Shown: positions 1 through 11,392, counted from the stretch's first letter. The stretch is DNA of 64,000 bases from an uncultured Gemmatimonadales bacterium (GCA_963798085.1 CAWCRS010000007.1:480001-544000); one strand, 5' to 3'. The notes: a model not told the origin generated them from the letters alone. Made by a program: numbers and translations.

Positions 1-1
1 T

Positions 2-400
2 GACCTGGAGAAGCGTTTCCGCCGCCTGGCAAACGAAGTCATGGAGCCGGTCGTGCCGCAGGGCGCGCTGACGTTCTTCCCCGCCGTCGAAGTGATCGAG
101 AAGCCGGAGGCGCTGCTCCTCACCGCCGAGCTGCCGGGCATGAAGCCCGGTGAAGTGAGCATCGAGGTGGAGAACAACATCCTCACCCTGAAGGGCGAGA
201 AGAAGGAGGAGTTCGAGGAGAAGGACGTCCGCTTCCACATCTGGGAGCGGCACTATGGCAGCTTCGAGCGGTCGCTGCCGCTGCCCCGCACCGTGGACCC
301 CGAGAAGATCAAGGCGGAGTTCGAGAACGGCATTCTGAAGGTCGTGATGCCGAAGGTGACCGAGGCGAAGGGCCGCAAGATCGAGGTCAAGACGAAGTAA
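2..400 (+). CDS. Hsp20/alpha-crystallin small heat-shock protein (5' end runs off the window)
   Basis: Contains AELPGMK..VSIEVENNILTLKGEK..ERHYGSFERSLPLP..IKAEFENGILKV. The frame stays open upstream of ATG 41 to the window edge (DLEKRFRRLANEV). Confidence 0.93.
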   Translation, partial: DLEKRFRRLANEVMEPVVPQGALTFFPAVEVIEKPEALLLTAELPGMKPGEVSIEVENNILTLKGEKKEEFEEKDVRFHIWERHYGSFERSLPLPRTVDPEKIKAEFENGILKVVMPKVTEAKGRKIEVKTK

Positions 401-401
401 T

Positions 402-422
402 TGCCGCTCCGAACGAGCGGCA
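402..422 (+). terminator. Hairpin downstream of hsp20 (possible terminator between convergent genes)
   Basis: TGCCGCTC-cgaac-GAGCGGCA is a perfect 8-bp stem right after the TAA. There is no U-tract. Confidence 0.4.
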
Positions 423-521
423 CGCCCGGCTCCGGAGTCCATTCCCGGGAAAAGCCGGAAGCCGGGTCGGCGGGCCGCGGAGGTTGTGTCACTCCACGGC
501 CCGCTCTCGTTCGCGCTGTTG

Positions 522-1310
522 TCAGTGCGTGGCGGGCCGGTAGTACTCGAGGATGGGATTGAACGTCGCGCCCACATTGAGCAGGTCGCTGCTCAACTCC
601 GGCTCCTGCGCGCTGAGCCGTCCGATCAGACGCTTGTTCGAAGCCACCTGAAGGAATCCCTTCGATGTCGACTGCGCCGTCGCCAGCAGCTTGAATCCCC
701 AGTGATCCGCGCGCAATGCGCGGTTCTGCACCTGCGTGGTGGGGTCCGTCACGAAGATGTTCGACAGCACGATGGCGAAGAACTCCTCTTCATTGTCATA
801 CCCGACACGCGCACCGACCATGGGCCCGCGATACTGATGTCCCGCCATGTCACGATAGGCGTGCGCCATCTCGTGAAAGAGAACCGCAGACGGTCCAATG
901 CCCGGCAGTGTGGGTGCGAATGTCGACTGCGCCGAGCCGCCATAGCCGAACATGTTCGTCGCGTAGCGGATCACCACATCACTGCCCTCGCCCGTGCCCA
1001 CGTTCGTGTCGCGAAAGCTGCCCTTCGCCTTGTAGTTGAACGGGCCCGCCCCCGGCAGCACCAGCTCACCCTGCGCCGTGGCGTTGCGCGAGTTCTTCGG
1101 CGTAGTATCCGCGTTGATGTTCGTGTTCGGCCAGGGTTGGATGAGCAGCCCGCGACCGCTACGCTGCATGGCGCGCAGCAGCGCCGCGCCGGTCTGACTG
1201 CGACTGATCAGGTCGAGATGCCAGCGAACGCCAAGCTCGTAGTCCTGCGCGTTCTGGCCGAGGCTCTTGCCGTTGATGACAATGCTGGACGAACCGAACG
1301 TGGTTGCCAT
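522..1310 (-). CDS. Zinc metallopeptidase, M91 (NleD-like) family
   Basis: Has HExxH (VLFHEMAHA), a downstream EEEFFAI..N..LR, and N-terminal 'I..SQTGAALL'. ATG at 1310 is preceded by a GAGG RBS. No signal peptide. Confidence 0.65.
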   Translation of the reverse strand: MATTFGSSSIVINGKSLGQNAQDYELGVRWHLDLISRSQTGAALLRAMQRSGRGLLIQPWPNTNINADTTPKNSRNATAQGELVLPGAGPFNYKAKGSFRDTNVGTGEGSDVVIRYATNMFGYGGSAQSTFAPTLPGIGPSAVLFHEMAHAYRDMAGHQYRGPMVGARVGYDNEEEFFAIVLSNIFVTDPTTQVQNRALRADHWGFKLLATAQSTSKGFLQVASNKRLIGRLSAQEPELSSDLLNVGATFNPILEYYRPATH

Positions 1311-1438
1311 CGTGCACCTCCCCGAGACCAACTGCGTCGTTTGACTCACTGGGGGCGAATGACAGGGCGTGAGATTACGCAGTGCGCGGTGCACGGGTCA
1401 ATGGCGGGCGCGCGCGACCCGCGCGGCGTGAGCGTCTG

Positions 1439-2905
1439 ATGCCCGCCCATCCGACGAAGCCCCGCCTGGAAGTGCGGCGCCTGGATCGATGGCGCTGGCT
1501 GATCCCGAAGCAGGGACGCATGAACGTGGAGGGCATCATTTACGCCGACGACTCGCTCATGCAGGAGCTGCGCGGCGACGAGGCCGTGCAGCAGGTCGCC
1601 AATGTCGCCTGCCTGCCGGGCATTGTCGGCCGCTCCATCGGCATGCCCGACATCCACTGGGGCTACGGCTTCGCGATTGGTGGCGTGGCCGCCTTCGATC
1701 CGCACCTGGGCGGTGTCATCAGCCCGGGCGGCGTCGGCTACGACATCAATTGCGGGGTGCGTTTGCTGCGTTCCACGATCAGCGCCACCGACCTCCAGCC
1801 GCAACTCTCGAGGCTCATGGACCTGCTGCTGCGCGACATTCCGGCCGGCGTGGGCGCCGGCTACAAGAAGTTCAAACTGAGTGATGGCGACGTGCGCGGC
1901 GTCCTGGTCGACGGCGCGCACTGGCCCATTGCGCAGGGCTGGGGTTTCGCCGGTGACGCGGAACACATCGAAGCGGGCGGCCGCCTCGAAGGCGCGCAGC
2001 CCGATGCGGTGAGCGATCGCGCCATCGAGCGCGGCCGGGACCAGCTGGGCACCGTCGGTTCCGGCAACCACTTCATCGAGATCGGACAGGTCGACGAGGT
2101 CTACGACGCGCATGTTGCCGAGCGCTTCGGCCTGGAGCCGGGCAGCGTGACCGTTTTCATCCACTCGGGCTCGCGCGGCCTCGGCTACCAGGTCTGCGAC
2201 GATTACCTCGCCATCATGCTGCGCGCGGCGACGAACGCAGGCATCGAGCTGCCCGATCGACAGCTGGCCTGCGCCCCGCTCACGTCCCCCGAAGCACTAC
2301 GGTACTTCGGCGCCATGAATGCCGCGGCTAACTTCGCATTTGCCAACCGGCAGATGATGGCGCACCGCGTGCGCAGCGCGTTCGCGTCCGTGTTCGGCCA
2401 GTCCGCCGAAGCGCTGGGCCTCACGCTGGTCTACGACGTGGCCCACAACATCGCGAAATGGGAGACGCACGAGCTGGATGGCAGGAAACGCCGCCTGTGT
2501 GTTCACCGCAAAGGCGCAACGCGCGCGTTCCCGCCCCACCACCCGGAGCTGGGCGAAGCGTATCGCGATGTGGGACAGCCCGTGCTCATCCCCGGCGACA
2601 TGGGCAGGTATTCCTATGTGCTGGTCGGTACCGAGGGCGCGTACCGCGAGACCTTCGGCTCCACCTGCCACGGCGCCGGTCGCCGCATGAGCCGGACGCA
2701 GGCGAAGAAATCCGTACACGGCCGCGACCTGCGCGCCGAATTCCGGGAGCGAGGCATCGAGGTGCGCGCGTCCTCCTTCGCCACCATCGCCGAAGAGGTG
2801 CCCGAGGCCTACAAGGACGTGGCCGATGTCGTCAGCGTGGTGGACGGCGCCGGGATCGGCAGGAAGGTCGTGAGGTTGAGGCCGCTGGGCGTGCTCAAGG
2901 GGTGA
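1439..2905 (+). CDS. rtcB: RtcB family RNA 3'-phosphate/5'-OH ligase (archaeal/eukaryote-like long type)
   Basis: Motifs MPDIHWGYGFAIGGV, GVGYDINCGVR, GTVGSGNHFIE, HSGSRGLG, YDVAHNIAK, HRKGATRAF, STCHGAGR and EEVPEAYKDV. Start placed at ATG 1439. Confidence 0.96.
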   Translation: MPAHPTKPRLEVRRLDRWRWLIPKQGRMNVEGIIYADDSLMQELRGDEAVQQVANVACLPGIVGRSIGMPDIHWGYGFAIGGVAAFDPHLGGVISPGGVGYDINCGVRLLRSTISATDLQPQLSRLMDLLLRDIPAGVGAGYKKFKLSDGDVRGVLVDGAHWPIAQGWGFAGDAEHIEAGGRLEGAQPDAVSDRAIERGRDQLGTVGSGNHFIEIGQVDEVYDAHVAERFGLEPGSVTVFIHSGSRGLGYQVCDDYLAIMLRAATNAGIELPDRQLACAPLTSPEALRYFGAMNAAANFAFANRQMMAHRVRSAFASVFGQSAEALGLTLVYDVAHNIAKWETHELDGRKRRLCVHRKGATRAFPPHHPELGEAYRDVGQPVLIPGDMGRYSYVLVGTEGAYRETFGSTCHGAGRRMSRTQAKKSVHGRDLRAEFRERGIEVRASSFATIAEEVPEAYKDVADVVSVVDGAGIGRKVVRLRPLGVLKG

Positions 2906-2992
2906 GGAATGCAGTGGGCGGCCGAGGGACCGCGTGGTGCCTTCGGGTGAGCCTCCTGCGGCGCGGTGGCTCCAGGCACTAACGGACTATTA

Positions 2993-3079
2993 TCACACAG
3001 AGGCACAGAGGCCACGGTGGACGACATGGACTACGAAATTCAGTTCGTCGTCCACCGTGGCCTCTGCGCCTCCGTGTGA
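2993..3079. repeat. Palindromic intergenic element, family A, copy 1 (33-bp arms)
   Basis: Sequence is TCACACAGAGGCACAGAGGCCACGGTGGACGAC ... GTCGTCCACCGTGGCCTCTGCGCCTCCGTGTGA. A near-identical copy lies at 11310-11392. Confidence 0.9.
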
Positions 3080-3398
3080 AAAAATGTGTTCGCATGGAAC
3101 CGCGACCCAGCCAGAGGGGCCCGACCCTCGCCCCGCCCGCCATCCAGGCCCTCCCCCACCGCAGAATCATCGCCTCACGCCCCGGCTGCCTCGCGACCCA
3201 GCTGGCAGACTACTTGCGTCCGCAGGATTACGGGGAATTCCTCCGGGATGAAGGCGGCTGCCCCGCCCGTCCCGGTCTCCGTCCCTGACATTCCCGAATC
3301 CGATTGATACGCCGACGACCGGCTGCTTCCGCATTCCCGCGGAGGCTGGGCAGTCGCGCGCGCAATCATGCCGAAAAAAGTTCTGGAGACGCGCAGAT

Positions 3399-4352
3399 AT
3401 GACGCCTCCGCCCCCACCTCCTGTGGCCACCACCGAGCCCGTCCGGGTGGCGCCGCGGACACCCGCGCGAGCGGTTTCGCAAGCGCGGCCGCGCCGTTCC
3501 GTGTCACTGCGACACGTGCTCATCGCGCTCTGGGTGCTCGCGGCAGGTGCGGCGCTGGGCTACGGCTGGCGTTACTACAGATTGCCGCTCGCGGAACGAC
3601 CGTTCTCGCCACTGCACGAGCAGCTCGCGCCATCCGGCTTCATCGGACATTCGCTGGGCATTGCCGGTAGTCTGATGATGATCGTGGGCGTGAGCATGTA
3701 CACGGTGCGCAAGCGTGTGGCTGTGCTGCGCTCGGTGGGCCGGCTGAGCGGCTGGCTGCAGGTGCACATCTTCCTGTGCACGCTCGGCCCGTTCCTGGTC
3801 CTGCTGCACACCAGCTTCCGCTTCGGCGGCATCGTGTCCATCGCGTTCTGGAGCATGAGCGCGGTGGTCTTGAGCGGTCTGTTCGGCCGCTACGTGTACG
3901 TGCGCATTCCCAAGAGCATCCACGGACAGTTCCGCTCGCTCGAATCGATCGAGCGTGAGCGCACCCAGCTGGTGCAGACCATCTGCGCGGATGCGGCGGT
4001 GGAGGCGTACGTGGTGGAGCGCGTGATCGGCGCTACGCAGGCGAGAAAGCCGAGCGGCCCGCTGCGCGCCATTGTTTCCGCGATCCGCTTCGATCTGTCG
4101 AAGCGCGCGCGCGTCGCGAAGCTGCAGCGCGCCATGGCCATGTGGAATGTGCCGGCGCAGGTGCGCGGGCGCCTGCAGGACCTGCTCGAGAAGCAGGCGC
4201 AGACCGAACAGCAGATTCTGCTGCTGCAGCCCTTCCAGCGGCTGTTCCGCTACTGGCACATCTTCCACCTGCCGCTCGCCATCGTGATGTTCCTGATCCT
4301 CATCGTGCACGTGGTGGTAGTCGCCATGTTCGGCTACGCCTGGCCGCACTGA
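3399..4352 (+). CDS. Integral membrane protein, ferric-reductase/cytochrome-b-like (putative heme b)
   Basis: About 6 hydrophobic segments carry His in or near TM helices: GHSLG, WLQVHIFLC, LVLLHTSF and WHIFHLPL..LIVHVV. First gene of the cytochrome operon. Confidence 0.7.
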   Translation: MTPPPPPPVATTEPVRVAPRTPARAVSQARPRRSVSLRHVLIALWVLAAGAALGYGWRYYRLPLAERPFSPLHEQLAPSGFIGHSLGIAGSLMMIVGVSMYTVRKRVAVLRSVGRLSGWLQVHIFLCTLGPFLVLLHTSFRFGGIVSIAFWSMSAVVLSGLFGRYVYVRIPKSIHGQFRSLESIERERTQLVQTICADAAVEAYVVERVIGATQARKPSGPLRAIVSAIRFDLSKRARVAKLQRAMAMWNVPAQVRGRLQDLLEKQAQTEQQILLLQPFQRLFRYWHIFHLPLAIVMFLILIVHVVVVAMFGYAWPH

Positions 4353-4357
4353 CGGAC

Positions 4358-5980
4358 ATGCGGCAGTCGCGTACTCTGCGGGTACGACTAACCCATTGTT
4401 TGCCGGTGGCGCTGCTGCTGACCGGCGGACTGGCCCCCGGCCTGCGCGCACAGCTGATCTCGCCGGGCAAGCTGTCAGCGGCGCACGCCAGCCTGGAGGG
4501 CATGCGCTCCTGCACGACCTGCCACGAGCTGGGAAAGAAAGGCGCGTCTTCCAGCAAATGCCTGCAGTGCCACGAGCCGCTGCGCACGCGCGTGGCCGCG
4601 GGCAGGGGTTACCACGCCAGCGTGCGCACGCAGGAATGCACGGACTGCCACAAGGAGCACTTCGGCCGCGAGTTCGCGCTGGTTCGCCTGGACACGGCGA
4701 GCTTCGACCATGGCCGCACCGGCTACCGGCTCACGGGCGCACACCAGGATGCACGCTGCCGCGCATGCCATGCGGGGGGCAACATCCGGGCAGCCGATGT
4801 GGCGGCCTGGACGCGCAAGTACAATGCGCAGCCGGCGCAGACGTTCCTGGGGCTGGCGACGACGTGCTCGGCCTGCCACGCGCCGGATGATCCGCACCGC
4901 GGCCAGTTCCGCGGTCGCTGCGACGACTGCCATTCCCCGACGACGTGGGCGAAGCCGGACCGCTTCAATCATGCGCGCACCGCGTATCCGCTGACCGGCG
5001 AACATCGGCAGGTGGCATGCGATGGCTGTCACAAGACCGAGCACTCTGGCAACACGGCGTTTGTGCGCTTCGTGGGCGTCACCCGCTCGACCTGCGCGTC
5101 CTGCCACCGCGATCCGCACAGTGGCGCCATGGGCACCGCCTGCGCCTCCTGCCATCAGACCAGCGGCTTCACGCAGGTGGACCAGCGCAACGTAGCGGGC
5201 CGCTTCAACCACGAGCGCACGCGCTTCCCGCTGAACGGCCGCCACGCGACAGTGGCGTGCAATGCCTGTCACGGCACCGGCTCGAGCCCGCCGGGCATAC
5301 ACATCCGCTTCGCCGGCAACACGCGCACGGCCAGCTTTCCGCGACCCGTGCTCGATGGCTGCAACGGCTGCCATCAGGACTATCACGACGGCGTGTTCGC
5401 CGGCATGAGCGGCGCCGGCAGCTGCGCTGCGTGCCACAGCGAGAACGGCTGGGAGCCCGCCAGTTTCGACATCGAGCGACACAATGACGTTACCGCGTTC
5501 CCGCTCACCGGCGCGCACCTGGTGACGCCGTGCACATCCTGTCATGGCGGGAACAGCCCCGGCGAGAAGCCGCACTTCCAGCTGCCGCAGCATGCGTGCG
5601 CCAGCTGTCACCAGTCGCGCAGCCCGCACGGCGAGCGGTTTGGCGGGCGAGGCTGCGCCGAATGCCACGAGACCGCAACGTTCCGCGTGACCGGCTTCGA
5701 TCACGCGAAAGCAGCGGGCGAGACATGTCGCTCGTGTCACCAGTCGCGCAGTCCGCACGGCGGGCAGTTCGGCGATACCGACTGCAACGCCTGCCACGAT
5801 ACGCGCGCCTATCGGATCGAGCGCTTTGATCACGCGCGCGCCCGCTTCCCCCTCAATGGCGCGCACGCCCGCGTGGCGTGCAGCGGCTGCCACAAGGCGG
5901 ATTCCGCGGGAGACAGCACGATCGTGCGTTACCGCCCGCTCCAGACAGAGTGCGGCGCGTGTCACGGAGGTGGCAGATGA
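4358..5980 (+). CDS. Exported multiheme cytochrome c, 19 CxxCH motifs
   Basis: Signal peptide (..LAPGLRA/QLISPG) and 19 CxxCH counted by hand. Recurrent F(D/N)H..(F/Y)xLxGxH motif precedes every third heme. Confidence 0.93.
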   Translation: MRQSRTLRVRLTHCLPVALLLTGGLAPGLRAQLISPGKLSAAHASLEGMRSCTTCHELGKKGASSSKCLQCHEPLRTRVAAGRGYHASVRTQECTDCHKEHFGREFALVRLDTASFDHGRTGYRLTGAHQDARCRACHAGGNIRAADVAAWTRKYNAQPAQTFLGLATTCSACHAPDDPHRGQFRGRCDDCHSPTTWAKPDRFNHARTAYPLTGEHRQVACDGCHKTEHSGNTAFVRFVGVTRSTCASCHRDPHSGAMGTACASCHQTSGFTQVDQRNVAGRFNHERTRFPLNGRHATVACNACHGTGSSPPGIHIRFAGNTRTASFPRPVLDGCNGCHQDYHDGVFAGMSGAGSCAACHSENGWEPASFDIERHNDVTAFPLTGAHLVTPCTSCHGGNSPGEKPHFQLPQHACASCHQSRSPHGERFGGRGCAECHETATFRVTGFDHAKAAGETCRSCHQSRSPHGGQFGDTDCNACHDTRAYRIERFDHARARFPLNGAHARVACSGCHKADSAGDSTIVRYRPLQTECGACHGGGR

Positions 5981-8196
5981 AGGCTGGACTCCAGACGATG
6001 CGATGGGTCGTATCGCTGGCCTGCGCCATGGTCATCGCGTTTGCGGTTTCCGGCGGAGGCGCAAGCGTGTTCGCGCAGGCGCCCGCCAATCCGCACGGTC
6101 AGACGAAACTGGCGCTGGAGTGCGGCGCCTGCCACACCACCAACGGCTGGCGCACGCTGCGCGAGCCCATGGCGTTCGACCACACCCGGCAGACAGCGTT
6201 CGCGCTCACCGGCCGGCACGCAGAAGTGGGCTGCGCGGCCTGCCATCTCGACCTGCGCTACGACCGCCCCAGGATCGCTGCCCGTGACTGTGCCAGCTGT
6301 CACCTCGATGTGCACCAGGGCAAGCTCTCCGCGGACTGCGCCAGCTGCCACAACACGCGCTCATTCCGCGAAGCGGCGGGCATCGAGCAGCACGCGCGTG
6401 GCCGCTTTCCGCTGACGGGCGCGCACGTCCAGATCTCGTGCGAGTCCTGCCATCGCGATGACCGCGGCGGCGCATTCACCGCGCTGGACAGCGATTGCTA
6501 CAGCTGCCATCGCCAGGACTACGAAAGCGCGCGCTCGGTGGACCACAAGGCGGGTGGGCTGCCGCGCGAATGCCAGCAGTGCCACGCCACCAGCTCCTGG
6601 CACACATCGACATTCGACCACGGAGTGGTCGCGAAGGGCTTCGCACTCAATGGCAAGCACGCGCAGGTCGAATGCGCGGGCTGCCACACGGGCGGCACCG
6701 GTCCGCTCAAGTTCACACCGTCCGGCCCCAATGACTGCGTCGCCTGTCACCGCGCCGCCTACGACAAGGAGCACAGCGGCACGGGATTCCCGCTCGACTG
6801 CACGTCCTGTCACACGGTGAACGGCTGGGAGCGGAACGCCTTCGATCACGCCGCCTCCGGGCACGGCTTTGCCCTGCTGGGCAAACACGCTGTTGCGCCC
6901 TGCACGGCCTGCCATCTGCCACCCGACAACAAGCTGAAGTTCCAGACCACGAACGCCGACGACTGCGTCGGTTGTCATCAGCCGGACTACGACCGCGAAC
7001 ACACGGGTTCGGGCTACCCCACTGCGTGCGGGCGCTGCCACTCCGTGAACGGCTGGAGCGGCGCGAACTTCGACCACGCCGGTGCGGCAAGCGGTTATGT
7101 GCTCGAGGGTCAGCACGCACGCGTGCCCTGCACTGACTGCCACACCGGGCCGGACCTCACTCTCAAATGGCCGAAGCCCGCGACCAACCAGGAGTGCGTC
7201 GCGTGCCACCGTCCGGATTACGACCGCGAGCACAGCGGCAGCGGCTACCCTGTCACCTGCCGTACCTGTCACGACGCCAATGACTGGACGCACGCCGTGT
7301 TCGACCACGTCAAGTCGGGTAACGGCTTCGTGCTGGCCGGTGCGCACGCGAAGGCGCAGTGCACCAGCTGCCACGGCGCGAGCAACGTGCTGAAGTTCCC
7401 CAAGCCGGCCAACGTCAATGACTGCTTGGCCTGCCATCGCCCGGACTACGACCGCGAGCACACGGGCACGAATTTCCCGCTGACCTGTGGCACCTGCCAC
7501 AACCAGAACACGTTCACGGGCGCGACGTTCGATCACGGCACGACCGGGTTCGCCTGGCCGGCGCGCACGCCAAGGCGCAGTGCTCCGACTGCCACGGTGC
7601 CGGACAACGTGCTGAAGTTCCCCAAGCCGGCCAACGTCAATGACTGCGTGGCCTGCCATCGCCCGGACTACGACCGCGAGCACACGGGCACGAATTTCCC
7701 GCTGACCTGTGGCACCTGCCACAACCAGAACACGTTCACGGGCGCGACGTTCGATCACACGACCACCGGGTTCAGCCTGGTGGGTGCGCACATCACGGTA
7801 CAGTGCTCCAGCTGCCACGGTGCGAACAACGTGTTGAAGTTTCCCAAGCCGGCGAACCAGGACGACTGCCTTGCCTGTCACCAGGCCGACTACAACACGG
7901 CGCACACCGGCAGCATGTACCCGACTACCTGCCTGACCTGTCATAACACGACTGTCTTCAAGGGCGCCATCTTCAACCACGACGGGCAGTTCTTCCCGGT
8001 CTATTCCGGATCGCACCGCGGCCGCTGGAACAACTGCGCCGACTGCCACCCGTCCGCATCCGATTTCGGCATCTTCACGTGCATCAGCTGTCACGCGCAC
8101 AACAAGACGGAGATGGACAGCCAGCATCGCGGGCGGGCCGGCTACGTGTACGACAGCATCAAGTGCCTCAGCTGCCACCCGACGGGGCGTACATGA
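5977..8196 (+). CDS. Exported multiheme cytochrome c, 27 in-frame CxxCH plus one (CSDCH) masked by a compensating frameshift pair
   Basis: ATGA overlap with the upstream gene, signal peptide (..SVFA/QAPANPH), and tandem ~74-aa tri-heme modules. Confidence 0.93.
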   Translation: MKAGLQTMRWVVSLACAMVIAFAVSGGGASVFAQAPANPHGQTKLALECGACHTTNGWRTLREPMAFDHTRQTAFALTGRHAEVGCAACHLDLRYDRPRIAARDCASCHLDVHQGKLSADCASCHNTRSFREAAGIEQHARGRFPLTGAHVQISCESCHRDDRGGAFTALDSDCYSCHRQDYESARSVDHKAGGLPRECQQCHATSSWHTSTFDHGVVAKGFALNGKHAQVECAGCHTGGTGPLKFTPSGPNDCVACHRAAYDKEHSGTGFPLDCTSCHTVNGWERNAFDHAASGHGFALLGKHAVAPCTACHLPPDNKLKFQTTNADDCVGCHQPDYDREHTGSGYPTACGRCHSVNGWSGANFDHAGAASGYVLEGQHARVPCTDCHTGPDLTLKWPKPATNQECVACHRPDYDREHSGSGYPVTCRTCHDANDWTHAVFDHVKSGNGFVLAGAHAKAQCTSCHGASNVLKFPKPANVNDCLACHRPDYDREHTGTNFPLTCGTCHNQNTFTGATFDHGTTGFAWPARTPRRSAPTATVPDNVLKFPKPANVNDCVACHRPDYDREHTGTNFPLTCGTCHNQNTFTGATFDHTTTGFSLVGAHITVQCSSCHGANNVLKFPKPANQDDCLACHQADYNTAHTGSMYPTTCLTCHNTTVFKGAIFNHDGQFFPVYSGSHRGRWNNCADCHPSASDFGIFTCISCHAHNKTEMDSQHRGRAGYVYDSIKCLSCHPTGRT
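7383..7758 (+). repeat. Intragenic tandem duplication (period 222 bp; ~154 bp near-identical)
   Basis: 7383-7536 and 7605-7758 differ at one base that I could see (TTG/GTG, L/V). Confidence 0.9.
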
Positions 8197-9877
8197 GGCG
8201 CTACTGTTTGGCCCTTCTCTGCGCGCCGCTGCTGGCAGCGCTGACGGGCGGCCGGGCGCATGCCCAGGCCGGGACCGCCGTTGTGCGCGCCATGGTCGAG
8301 TACATCGCCGGCGCCGACCTGTATCTGGCAGCAGGCGAGGACCAGGGCATCACAGCGGGTGACACGCTGTTAGCCAGGCGAGGCGGCAATGCGCGCACGG
8401 CGAAGCTGCGCGTCATCAGCAGTGTCTCCGGGCGCGCCGTCGTCACCTTTGCGGGCCCGCCTTTCGCCATTACGCGTGGCGACACACTGCTCATCGAGCG
8501 GGCACGACCTCGGGCCGCGCCCCCGCCGGCAGCCCAGCAGAGCGCGGCAGCGGCAGGAGACGCGTCAAAGGTGAACACGGCATCGTCGCATACAACGGAC
8601 GCGAGGGCCGCGCATGATACCGCGTCGGCAAGCGGCGCGCCCGGAACGCCGGCTGTTCTTGCGCCGCATGCGGCCAAGCAGCAGGGACTGCGCCGCGTGC
8701 CATCACCGATGCGGCTGGATGGCACGATCGCCATCGACTTCGACGCGCTCGACTCGGAAACACGCTGGGGCGCCGCGCCCGAGGAACGCAGCGCGCGCCG
8801 CTTCATGACACCGGCGCTGCGCCTCTACGCCACCGCATCACAGCTGCCCGGCGGTATGCGTCTCAACACGAACCTGCGCTACGAGTACCGCCTGACCGAG
8901 GGCGTGGCCGCAGTGGAGCAGACCAGTCCGCTGCGTGTGTATCAGGCCAGTCTGGAAAAGTCCTTCACGCATCTGCCTCTGCAGTTCCAGCTGGGACGCT
9001 TCTACAATCCGGTCAATGTCTACGGCGGCTACTGGGATGGCGGCATGATGCGCGCGGGCGGGCGCGGCTTCGGCCTTGGTGTGGCCAGCGGCTTCGAGCC
9101 GGATCAGGTGAACGGTGGCGTCGACACGCGCTCCACCAAGTACAGCGTGTTCTCGGACTGGACCGTGCGCCGGCACAGCACCAGCTATCAGGGCGGTCTG
9201 TCACTGCACCGTGAGCGCGACACCAATGGCAGCGAGGCGCGCTACATCAGCGGCTCGGAACGGCTCCGCCTTGGCCGCGCCATGTTCCTGCAGCGCATCC
9301 GTGTCGACGCGGGCCCGGGCTGGAGCGGCTGGTCCCTCACGCAGCTGGATCTGGACGCGCTGACACCACTGTTCGCGAAGCTGCTGGCCCGCGCGCACTA
9401 CGCGCGCCGCTCTTTCGACTGGAACCCGCTGGAGCCGGATACAACCCGCCCGCACAATGCGCGGCGAGGCCTGGGACTGATCTGGTCCGGCGCGCTGGTC
9501 GACCTTTCCGTGGACGCATCGCTCACCGACTGGAGCGATGGGCAGAACGCGCGTTCACTTTCGGGATCGCTCTCGCTGCAGCGGCTGCCGCTTGCCAGCC
9601 TTTCGCTGGGCCTGTCCGGCAGCCAGTGGGAGAGCGAGAGCGAGAATTCCTGGTACCTGTCACCCTGGATCGGCCGTAGCTACGGACGTACCAACACAAC
9701 CGTATCGTGGCAGCACTATCGTGCCGTCACCAGCACCGAATCGAGCTACGAAGCCGCATCCATGACACTGTCGTTCCCTCTTCCCGGCGGCCTGTACACG
9801 AGCCTGCGCGCCCAGACGCAATGGGGCGCCAGCTCCTCCAGCAACCGCATCGTCACCAGCATCTGGAAGCCATTCTG

Positions 9878-9878
<1 letters not shown>
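8193..9878 (+). CDS. Putative outer-membrane beta-barrel (porin-like) with N-terminal soluble beta domain and Ala/Pro linker
   Basis: ATGA overlap, signal peptide (..RAHA/Q), alternating amphipathic strands rich in Y/W/G/S, and C-terminal ..IVTSIWKPF (aromatic terminal residue typical of BAM substrates). Confidence 0.65.
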
Positions 9879-11197
<1,319 letters not shown>

Positions 11198-11309
11198 GAG
11201 ATTGTGGAGTTGTGGTTCCTGGTGGTGGAGGGTGGGGTGTGGACGGATGAACGGATACAGACAACAGAGAACGGATAACAGATTACATACCATATATAAC
11301 AGATTATTA

Positions 11310-11392
11310 TCACACAGAGGCACAGAGGCCGCGGTGGACGGCGACCGGAATCTGTTCGAGTCGTCCACCGTGGCCTCTGCGCCTCCGTGTGA
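11310..11392. repeat. Palindromic intergenic element, family A, copy 2
   Basis: Arms match 2993-3079 (3' arm identical, 5' arm with 2 substitutions), the loop differs, and the orientation is the same. Confidence 0.9.

Noticed and set aside
486..1439. 317-aa plus-strand ORF
   Set aside because: It is the antisense shadow of the HExxH peptidase, Arg-rich with no motifs.
4475..8178. Long minus-strand ORFs (496 aa, 605 aa) over the cytochromes
   Set aside because: These are typical stop-poor antisense frames of high-GC genes. Their repeats simply mirror the CxxCH codons.
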